Below are positions 56,791 through 64,000 of a DNA stretch of 64,000 nt, in pieces; within the stretch, counting starts at the first letter, position 1; every line of letters starts with the position of its first letter. The position numbers and the translations under genes were made by a program. Under the pieces are notes generated by a model. The model saw only the letters and a program-made list of their open reading frames with translations. It made no database searches and was not told the DNA's origin. The DNA is from Bryobacterales bacterium (lineage in GTDB: Bacteria; Acidobacteriota; Terriglobia; Bryobacterales; UBA6623): assembly GCA_028819215.1 (NCBI GenBank), contig JAPPMG010000066.1, forward strand, positions 110,946 to 174,945. Reading direction: 5' to 3'.

Positions 56791-58113
56791 CTACAGCCGG
56801 ACGACGAGGCTCGTGTACAGGTAGGTCTGCGATTCCCCGCCCGGCACGTGCCGCTCGACGAAGGGGCCGGCGAAGAACCGGAAGACGCCGACAACGAGCT
56901 GGACCCGTTCCGTCGGGCGGTACCGCAGGACTGCGTCCAGCTCCGAGCCGACCGACCCCGTGCTGCTGCCGCCTTCCGGGGCCCGGACCTGCAGCGCGTT
57001 GCTCGCAGCATACAGGCCGTCGTTCCGGCTGGCCAAGCGATGCGAGATGTACTCCACCTCGATCTCCAGCCCCTCTCGCGGGTGCACCCGTACGCCGCCG
57101 TTGAGGTACTGCAGGTTCCTGAGAGCCACGAGATCCTGCTCGCCGTAGTGCCGGTGCCGGGATATGAAGAACGGCTCGAAGCTCGAGTTCGTTCTGTCAA
57201 GCGGGTTCGCGTCCCCGCTGCCATGGCTCCACTCGAAACCAAGCCTCGGCCGAGCCGGCAGCCGCTCAAAGGTCTTGCCGAGTCCGGTCGTGGCCGACCA
57301 GGCCCGCTTGTCGAGGCCGCCTACGTGTCCGCCCTGCCCCATCAGGACGAACTCGTAGTCCCAGGTGCTGTCCAGTACCCCCGAGAAGCGCGAGCCTATG
57401 GTGCGGAGCCGGCCGCCGACGTTCGACCCGGTATTTACGGGCTGCCGCGTCAGCAGAACGAAGGGCTCGATCCTCAGCCCGTCCACCCACGAACGGATCG
57501 AGCCGACCGCTCCAGCCACGGCCGTTCCCGTTTTTGGAAGATCTGGACCGTCCCGGACCGTGGCATGCGAGACGGCGAATACGTCGACGCTGTCCTCGCC
57601 CCGCCGCAGGATCAGCTTGCCGCCGTCCCAAACAGGCGTGGTGTTGCTCCAGCCGCGCGCGCCAATCAAGCGGCCCTCGAAGTAATCGAGCTCCTGGCGG
57701 CCAGCGCGCAGGGTCACCGGGCCGGACTCGTGCCCGAGGGCCACGTACAACTGGCGAAATCCCAGGTTGTGGAAGCGCAGCGGGTTGCCGCCGGGGTCAA
57801 GGCCCGCGACTCGCGCGTCCTGCGCCTGGACGACCACACCTACGTGCTTGGCCGGCCGTAGACCGAGGTTGAGCCTCAGCCTCGACAGGGCGAAGCTGTC
57901 CACGCTCTTGGGATTGACGCCATTGCCGCTGCGGGTCTCTCCGCGGAACCTGAGCTCGGCACCGACCTCGAAGCGCGGCTCGGGCGCGGCCGGGTCCTGG
58001 CCGGCCAGGCCGCCAGCAAAGGCGAGGCAGGCAATCGAGAGGAGAGCTCGCACCAGCACGCGGTCGGCTGCCGGGCGGGCCGGGCGCGGCCGGATGCGTG
58101 CCAAGGAAGCCAT
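56791..58113 (-). CDS. Alginate-export (AlgE-like) family outer-membrane beta-barrel porin
   Basis: The ATG at 58113 gives the signal 'LVRALLSIACLAFAGGLAGQD'. 'GAELRFRGE...LSRLRLNLGLRPAKHVGVVVQAQDARV' resembles the family N-terminal strands. The beta-strand-like pattern continues to a C-terminus that ends in Leu ('YTSLVVRL'), not the aromatic residue typical of outer-membrane barrels. Confidence 0.6.
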   Translation of the reverse strand: MASLARIRPRPARPAADRVLVRALLSIACLAFAGGLAGQDPAAPEPRFEVGAELRFRGETRSGNGVNPKSVDSFALSRLRLNLGLRPAKHVGVVVQAQDARVAGLDPGGNPLRFHNLGFRQLYVALGHESGPVTLRAGRQELDYFEGRLIGARGWSNTTPVWDGGKLILRRGEDSVDVFAVSHATVRDGPDLPKTGTAVAGAVGSIRSWVDGLRIEPFVLLTRQPVNTGSNVGGRLRTIGSRFSGVLDSTWDYEFVLMGQGGHVGGLDKRAWSATTGLGKTFERLPARPRLGFEWSHGSGDANPLDRTNSSFEPFFISRHRHYGEQDLVALRNLQYLNGGVRVHPREGLEIEVEYISHRLASRNDGLYAASNALQVRAPEGGSSTGSVGSELDAVLRYRPTERVQLVVGVFRFFAGPFVERHVPGGESQTYLYTSLVVRL

Positions 58114-58295
58114 TTCCGCACTCCGGCGGCCCAACCGAGCAATGTAGCACGGCCGGCTTGGCGTGAGCCTGGCGACGGCACTACGTTGTCGGCGGCTCAA
58201 CGTCCGCCCGTATCATTCCGCAGCCCGGCCTCGCTAGACATCAAGAGTATCGAGCTGGCGCGCTCGAAACGATAGAGCAGACGCCGCATCAGTCG

Positions 58296-59273
58296 CTATC
58301 CGCTGCAAACCACGTCCAGAAAGAGATCTATGAACCGGTCGGCATCGACCTCCGTTGCGACCGCTGCGGGCCCCATCGCCGCCGAACTAGCGTCCCTATT
58401 GACCGACATCATGCCCCGTGTCAGCCCTGGCGAGTCGATCACGTCACAAACTAGGCGCTCGGTGCTGACAAGAGTCGGGTCGATCGCCACCCCCACAGCC
58501 AAGGGATCGTGCATGACACAGGCATGGCTGCCGCTTTCCTTGCGGCCGAACTCGAAGTACGGGCGGCTCACATCCTCGAGAAAGGAGCGTAGCCGCGCAG
58601 GCTGGGTTGTTGCCAGACGCTGGTGGAACCGGTCCTTGTACAGAAGCGTTCTGCGTGTGACGTTCAGGCCTACCAACGTTGTCGGAAGTCCCGCCCGTAC
58701 CACAGCCTTGGCCGCCGTCGCGTCGGAATAGAAGTTAAATTCGGCCGTTGGCGTGACGTTACCCTTGCCGTCGTCTGTTCCGCCCATCACGACCAGCTCG
58801 CCGATACCTGACATCGCGCTGCGGTCTCGTTCAATCGCTTTGGCGACGTTCGTAAGGGGCCCCAGCGCAACGATGGTCAGAGCCTCACCATGCTGGCGGG
58901 CCTGTTCGATCATGGCTTGGGTGGCATGACGACCGCTCACTGCAAGTTCCTGCACGGGATAGTCTGGAGTGATCCCGCCCAGACCGTCATCGCCATGTAC
59001 GTCGCCAGCGCGAGCTACCCTGCCACTCAGCGGGCGTGCGTGTCCTTCATGTACGGGCGGAACGAAGGCGGGGCCGACGGCCTCTAGGATCCGCAGGGTG
59101 TTGGCCGTGCAGGAGGAGAGCGACACGTTGCCGGCGACCACGGTGATCGCCTTCACATCCAGTGCTGGCGAGCGCAATGCTAGGACCAAAGCGAGAGCGT
59201 CGTCAAGGCCCGGATCTGTGTCAATGACTACTGGTTTTGGCGACTGCTTGCCCTCTTGGCCACTTGCCGACAT
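58296..59273 (-). CDS. Inosine-uridine-preferring nucleoside hydrolase family protein
   Basis: N-terminal Ca-binding fingerprint 'VVIDTDPGLDDALALVLAL'. Length is 325 aa. Confidence 0.9.
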   Translation of the reverse strand: MSASGQEGKQSPKPVVIDTDPGLDDALALVLALRSPALDVKAITVVAGNVSLSSCTANTLRILEAVGPAFVPPVHEGHARPLSGRVARAGDVHGDDGLGGITPDYPVQELAVSGRHATQAMIEQARQHGEALTIVALGPLTNVAKAIERDRSAMSGIGELVVMGGTDDGKGNVTPTAEFNFYSDATAAKAVVRAGLPTTLVGLNVTRRTLLYKDRFHQRLATTQPARLRSFLEDVSRPYFEFGRKESGSHACVMHDPLAVGVAIDPTLVSTERLVCDVIDSPGLTRGMMSVNRDASSAAMGPAAVATEVDADRFIDLFLDVVCSG

Positions 59274-59380
59274 GGTGGTCTCCGAAATACCGGCCAGACC
59301 AGCACCTGTTTCCAGGTGCCTTGTACGTATTCTCGCAGGCGGCTGGAAAGCGGGGCCTGGCCGGCCGGAAATCCGCGTTG

Positions 59381-62218
59381 CTACCGAGCACGTGGGCTTT
59401 GGCTGGACCGGCGTGTGCTGGAATTGGAAGACGGGCGTGCAGGCCGGCTCGAAGAGGAGCGCGAGGCGCCTGAGGACGGCGAGCGGCTACCGGATGTCGA
59501 CCTAGCCCGCGACGACGACGAAGATGACGGCCCGCTCCGGCTGCTACGGCTCGAAGATGTCGCGCCGACGGTCGGGCGGCGATAGCTTGGCGTGGAGCGC
59601 TGGCTCCTCGAACCGCCGAATCCGCCGGGGGAAGTTGGCCGGCTAGCGGACCTGCCGCTCCCGGTGCCAAACGAGCCTCCGCCGCTCGAAGACCTCGGGC
59701 TGACCCGGCTCGGCGTTCGCGATGAAGAACGCGAGCTCGCGTCAGAGGGGGCGCTCCGCCTGGAGCTCGACGTTGTGCCGGGTCCGATCCGGCTACTGCG
59801 ACTAGAGGAAGTGGGGCCGGCGGTCGGGCGGCGATAGCTTGGCGTGGAGCGCTGACCGCGCGAAGTGCCTAAGCTGCCGCCGCTACTCGAAGATCCGGGG
59901 CCAATCCGGCTCTGCGTTCGAGCCGGAAACGAGGAGCCGGTTGACGGCCCGGGGCCTTGTCGCATGCCTCGATTCGCGCGCGCTGCCCCAGCGACCGAGC
60001 CGCTCCGCTGGCCGGGCGAAGCAGCGGATCCATTGATTGAAGAACGTGATCCCGTGGCCGCCGGCGGAGAGGACGGCCGCACTCGGCTAGAGCTGGAAGA
60101 CCTCGTGCCGAGCGACGACGTACGAGCCGAAGTGCTGCCAGCCGGTCGCGACGTTCCAACCGTGCTGCTCGATCTTGTCCCGATACCTTGGCGGGACGTC
60201 CGCAGCGTCGTTCCGGCGTTGCCTCCGACACCGACTCTAGATCCGTTCCGAGGCGCGAATACCGTGCCGCGCGCCCGCGAAGACGTGGTCGCGGACACAG
60301 GACTCGCTCCCGAGGACGGCAGACGAGTTTGCGACAAGACGCGGGGGGACGCAGGAAGGGAACGAGCGCCGCCCTGCGGTGTCCGCGCCGTTGTAACAGC
60401 CGCGCGGGGTCGCGGACTTGATCCGACTGCGGGGACGCGGGTGGGAGTTCGGGCGCTGGCGCCTGTCGCACCGCGCACGCCAGACCCGGCAGTTGGCGTC
60501 CGGGTCGATGCAGCGCTCGAAGGACCGAGCGTCCCGCTCCTGGCTGCGACCGCCGTGGACGGACTTGCGGGCTCGGTCCCATCACGAGAGACCGACGCAG
60601 ACGCGGCTCCGACCCTGCGACGCTGTGATTGCAGCGGCGAAGTTGACGGATCCACGGCTTGGTCCCGCCTTGTCTGCGCGCCTGCTGTCCCCACCGGGTG
60701 TGCCGCAGTCGCCCGAACCGCGCCTGCACGCGTGCTGGTGCTGGACGCCACCGCGGCGGGTCGCGAGTCGTGCCGGCGATGAAAATTGTCCACCGAAGAA
60801 CGCAAGAACTTGCGCTGGTCATCAAACGACACTCTCGCCGTGCCATCGCGCAGCTGTGACACAGAGGCGCGGTTCCAAGCTCTCGGCGAGGATACGCGAA
60901 CGCTGCTCGAAGACTGAGGCAGCACGCGACCCTGGCTGGCTCGGCTAGGCACCACTGGCAGCGGGCCTCGAATCGCGACCCCGCGCGCAGACTGCGCCAG
61001 GCGCATTCCGCGCGGCGTGTTGGCTCCCGCAGCGCCAAACTGGTCGGCTTCAAGGTAAGAGACGGCTGACACACCCGAGCCGCCGCGGGCGTAACGGTAG
61101 TTGGTGACGATATTGACGCTGTTATCGACGACGATGGTGTTTGCTACCACCGACCGACCCCGTCCGAACCCGTAGAGCGACCGACCATACCAAGGCCAGT
61201 ACAACTCTCCCGGCGCCAGGGGTACCCAGCCGATATGACCAAAGGCCGCGCCGCGAATCGCGGCGCCGATAAACGATACGAGAGCGGGTCGCCAGATATG
61301 ACGCAGCCGAGGGGATCCGGGATACCAGCCCCAGCCGTAGATCGGGTCATAGTGCCAGCGCCCCCAGTGCGACGTGGCCCAGCCCCACGGCGCGTAGGGC
61401 ACCCAGTTCCAGCCGTAGTAGTCGATCCAGGTCCAGTGGCCGTGGCGGTAGGGCACCCATGTCGCCGGGACTCGTGGGAACCAGCAGTGGCCGATCGCGG
61501 AGACGTATCGCCACGAGCCGTGGTCGTCAAACGTATCCACGCCGTAGATGTCTCGGCTGACGTAGCGATAGGCGTTCGAACGTCGCAACTCCCGATCGCG
61601 ATTCGCTGCCCAGCGGTCGAATCCATCCCTATTGCTGGCTCGGCCCACCGCGAATTCCACCCCGGCGGAACCCTGCCACAGCGTCATGGCCTGGCCAGCC
61701 GTCAAGCTGCTCGTGCTGTGCTCCATGGCGATCTCGGTCCTGCCCTCGCGAACCTCGATCACGGTTGAATCGGCTCCAACGTGGATTCGATAGCGGCCCT
61801 TTTCCTGCGGGCGAACGGCCGCGAATGGAGTCTCGATATCGATGTCAGCTGCGGATTCTGGCAGTTCGCTGTACAGCGCCGTGCCGTGGATCACGCGTAC
61901 GCGAAACACCTTTTCGCCGAGCTCGACGAACTGAGCCTCGCTATCGGCCACGACGCGGACGAAGTTGCCCGGAGACAGCTGAACCTCGGCCCTCGACGCA
62001 TCGGCAGTGCGGACGGAGTCGCCCTCGACGATCGGTGAATTCACCGTGGTGGCGATCCAATCGCCCGAGTCGCCGCGACGCGTGGCCACATCGCCCTTGA
62101 CGACGCTCACACGGGCAACGCCGAGGTCAGTCCGGGCTGCTTGCGGGGCAGCCGCCGCCGATACCGGACACAGAGCCACGCCAGCCCACAGCGAAACGAT
62201 CAACGCTCTTGCTTGCAT
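59381..62218 (-). CDS. Secreted FecR-domain protein with a Trp/Tyr/Gly-rich module and a ~500-aa Ser/Arg/Thr/Gly/Pro-rich low-complexity tail
   Basis: The ATG at 62218 gives the signal 'MQARALIVSLWAGVALCPVSAAAAPQ'. The FecR-like region is 'ARVSVVKGDVATRRGDSGDWIATTVNSPIVEGDSVRTADASRAEVQL'. 'WFPRVPATWVPYRHGHWTWIDYYGWNWVPYAPWGWATSHWGRWHYDPIYGWGWYPG' is the Trp-rich module. The tail contains repeated 'QRSTPSYRRPT.G.TSSSRSSR.GP'. Confidence 0.7.
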   Translation of the reverse strand: MQARALIVSLWAGVALCPVSAAAAPQAARTDLGVARVSVVKGDVATRRGDSGDWIATTVNSPIVEGDSVRTADASRAEVQLSPGNFVRVVADSEAQFVELGEKVFRVRVIHGTALYSELPESAADIDIETPFAAVRPQEKGRYRIHVGADSTVIEVREGRTEIAMEHSTSSLTAGQAMTLWQGSAGVEFAVGRASNRDGFDRWAANRDRELRRSNAYRYVSRDIYGVDTFDDHGSWRYVSAIGHCWFPRVPATWVPYRHGHWTWIDYYGWNWVPYAPWGWATSHWGRWHYDPIYGWGWYPGSPRLRHIWRPALVSFIGAAIRGAAFGHIGWVPLAPGELYWPWYGRSLYGFGRGRSVVANTIVVDNSVNIVTNYRYARGGSGVSAVSYLEADQFGAAGANTPRGMRLAQSARGVAIRGPLPVVPSRASQGRVLPQSSSSVRVSSPRAWNRASVSQLRDGTARVSFDDQRKFLRSSVDNFHRRHDSRPAAVASSTSTRAGAVRATAAHPVGTAGAQTRRDQAVDPSTSPLQSQRRRVGAASASVSRDGTEPASPSTAVAARSGTLGPSSAASTRTPTAGSGVRGATGASARTPTRVPAVGSSPRPRAAVTTARTPQGGARSLPASPRVLSQTRLPSSGASPVSATTSSRARGTVFAPRNGSRVGVGGNAGTTLRTSRQGIGTRSSSTVGTSRPAGSTSARTSSLGTRSSSSSRVRPSSPPAATGSRSSINGSAASPGQRSGSVAGAARANRGMRQGPGPSTGSSFPARTQSRIGPGSSSSGGSLGTSRGQRSTPSYRRPTAGPTSSSRSSRIGPGTTSSSRRSAPSDASSRSSSRTPSRVSPRSSSGGGSFGTGSGRSASRPTSPGGFGGSRSQRSTPSYRRPTVGATSSSRSSRSGPSSSSSSRARSTSGSRSPSSGASRSSSSRPARPSSNSSTRRSSQSPRAR
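59571..59854. repeat. Intragenic tandem duplication with a 252 bp period (84 codons)
   Basis: The 32 nt 'gtcgggcggcgatagcttggcgtggagcgctg' occurs identically at 59571-59602 and 59823-59854. The flanking sequence is similar but diverged. This corresponds to the repeated peptide 'QRSTPSYRRPT.G.TSSSRSSR'. Confidence 0.85.
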
Positions 62219-62405
62219 TGCACCGAACCTCCTTGATGGGGATGTATGCGCGCTTAGATGCAGGTTGCTTCGATTCGGTTCCAGCTTTTTTTCACAAATC
62301 CTTGACATCGCCGAACGGGAGGTCGGCCAACAGATTCCGCACGCTGACTCGCGAACCGCGCCCAGCAGAGTCTTCAGGCAACGATCAGTGGCATAATCTT
62401 CGCCA

Positions 62406-63860
62406 GTGAAACGAGCAATTGCGCTAGCGGTCGCCTGGACCGCAACCTTGGCCGGCCAAGGGGGCTACGACCTTGTGATCCAGAACGGACGCGTCATTGA
62501 CCCCGAATCGGGCCTCGACGCGGTGCGGAACGTAGGGATCATCGCGGGCCGCGTGGTCGCGGTGAGCGAAGCGACCCTAGACGGTACGCGCAGCCTGGAC
62601 GCCGCCGGGCTGGTCGTGGCACCGGGATTCATCGACCTGCACCAGCACGGGCAGAGCCTCGAGAACTACGCCGCCCAGGTCCGGGACGGGATCACGACGG
62701 CCCTGGAACTTGAGATCGGCGTAGAGGACATCGAAGCCTGGTATCAAGACCGCCAAGGCAAGGCATTGCTGAACTACGGCGCGAGTATCTCGCACCCCTA
62801 TTCGCGGCAGCTTGCGATGCTCGGCCACAACCCCGGATTGTCCGGTGAGTCGCTCGCCGCCCCTCTGACCGCCCAGCAGATGAAGGCGCTGTCCGCACGC
62901 ATCGAGCGCGGGCTTGACCAAGGCGCGCTAGCAGTCGGTTTCGGGCTGGCCTACACGCCGGGGGCCACGAGGGACGAGATTGTGGAGATGTTCCGCATCG
63001 CAACCCGCTACGGGGCTAGCTGCCACGTGCACATGCGGACAGACCTGGCGACACTGGCGAATCTGGAAGAGGTTATTTCCGCCGCGCGGGAAACCGACGC
63101 GCAGGCCCACGTGGTGCACCTCAACAGCAGCGCCCGAGACCGTGTCATGGAATATCTGGCGCGCATCGAAAGGGCACAAGCTCGAGGCGTGGACGTCACA
63201 ACCGAAGCCTATCCATACAACCGCGGCTCGACTCTGATCCAGTCGCACCTCTTTAACCAGTGGCAGGATTACACGGACGAGGAACTGGCTCAATTCATCT
63301 GGGTACGGACCGGCGAGACGCTGACACGCGAGACGTTCCCGGAAAGGCGACGCACCGGGGGCACGATCATCATGCCGCCCTTATACAGCGAGGACAGCGT
63401 GCGGAAGGCCATTGCCAATCCGCTCGTCATGATCGCGAGCGACGGGATGTGGCTTAGCGGCGGCAGGGCCCATCCCCGGTCGTTCGGAACGTTCTCGCGC
63501 GTGCTGGGGCGGTTCGTGCGGGAGCAGCAAGCACTGACCCTGACGGAGGCCCTGCGCAAGATGACGGTCATGCCGGCGATGCGCCTCGAGCAGCGTCTCC
63601 CGGCGATGCGCAACAAGGGACGCATCCGGCCTGGCGCGGACGCGGACATCGTGGTGTTCGACCCGGACACAGTGATCGACCGCGGCACGTACGCAGATCC
63701 GGCGCGCAGCCCGGACGGCATCAGGCACGTGATCGTGAACGGCACACCGGTCTTGGTCGAAGGCCGGCTGGTCGAGGATGCCAGGCCCGGCCGGGCCGTG
63801 CGCGCGAAGCACTCGTACCCGTTCGCGCCGGGCACTACGTGGAGCCGGGCGGGCCACTAG
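62406..63860 (+). CDS. N-acyl-D-amino-acid deacylase (D-aminoacylase) family amidohydrolase
   Basis: 'YDLVIQNGRVIDPESG..VRNVGIIAGRVVAV' and 'APGFIDLHQHG' (HxH motif). C-terminal 'GADADIVVFDPDTVIDRGTY' and 'VIVNGTPVLVEG'. GTG start with the signal-like 'AIALAVAWTATLAGQ'. Confidence 0.85.
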   Translation: MKRAIALAVAWTATLAGQGGYDLVIQNGRVIDPESGLDAVRNVGIIAGRVVAVSEATLDGTRSLDAAGLVVAPGFIDLHQHGQSLENYAAQVRDGITTALELEIGVEDIEAWYQDRQGKALLNYGASISHPYSRQLAMLGHNPGLSGESLAAPLTAQQMKALSARIERGLDQGALAVGFGLAYTPGATRDEIVEMFRIATRYGASCHVHMRTDLATLANLEEVISAARETDAQAHVVHLNSSARDRVMEYLARIERAQARGVDVTTEAYPYNRGSTLIQSHLFNQWQDYTDEELAQFIWVRTGETLTRETFPERRRTGGTIIMPPLYSEDSVRKAIANPLVMIASDGMWLSGGRAHPRSFGTFSRVLGRFVREQQALTLTEALRKMTVMPAMRLEQRLPAMRNKGRIRPGADADIVVFDPDTVIDRGTYADPARSPDGIRHVIVNGTPVLVEGRLVEDARPGRAVRAKHSYPFAPGTTWSRAGH

Positions 63861-64000
63861 CGCAGCGGCGAGAACGGGCGCTCGCCAGCGGTCGGGCATC
63901 TTGGCGCAACCTGATCCAAGCCTTCGAGGCGGGGCTTCTGTTGCAAGCGCCGAGACGGACAATCTATGATCTCTGGATTAACTGGAAAACATCGGAGGAT

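Noticed and set aside
59381-60200. Repetitive DNA that might be a CRISPR array or satellite.
   Set aside because: The repeats have a 252 bp period, lack a short repeat/spacer organisation, and lie in frame within the Ser/Arg-rich tail of a long ORF. This is a coding tandem duplication.

Overview
This is a GC-rich, densely coding 64 kb chromosomal window. Third codon positions are mostly G/C, and nearly every real gene casts long Arg/Pro/Ala-rich shadow ORFs in other frames. All family calls come from motif recognition in the supplied translations; no homology search was possible. The gene content suggests an Acidobacteriota-like or Planctomycetota-like organism, which is inference only. That content includes a TonB-dependent receptor with an N-terminal carboxypeptidase-regulatory-like domain, several CRTAC1/ASPIC-UnbV FG-GAP proteins, a DUF1501 pair, a BatA/VWA cluster and many Tat signals. 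Housekeeping genes recognised are ssb, ftsH, tilS, metF, a pyrE-like PRTase, three M16 peptidases and larB. Secreted hydrolases are a sulfatase, an amidase, amidohydrolases, a nucleoside hydrolase and a DUF4038-like glycosidase. I found no rRNA, tRNA, CRISPR array, integrase or transposase.

The stretches most worth a second look are these:
1. A 7-heme cytochrome, TPR protein and three CRTAC1 genes, with a ~25-repeat ankyrin gene on the opposite strand between two closely similar CRTAC1 paralogs (3.5-14.7 kb).
2. A two-module toxin-antitoxin islet that encloses a frameshifted ~190 bp relic of a sulfatase paralog (33.8-35.5 kb).
3. An XRE-ImmA/IrrE fusion overlapping a PIN gene, with an orphan HicB-like gene, sitting where a MoxR ATPase would be expected upstream of a DUF58-BatA-VWA cluster (47.7-55.2 kb).
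4. A trypsin-like protease split by an in-frame TAG.
5. An Nramp-fold transporter lacking the canonical metal-binding residues.
6. A FecR / Trp-rich / Ser-Arg-rich protein with a 252 bp internal tandem duplication.

None of these can be shown to be a new system from sequence alone.
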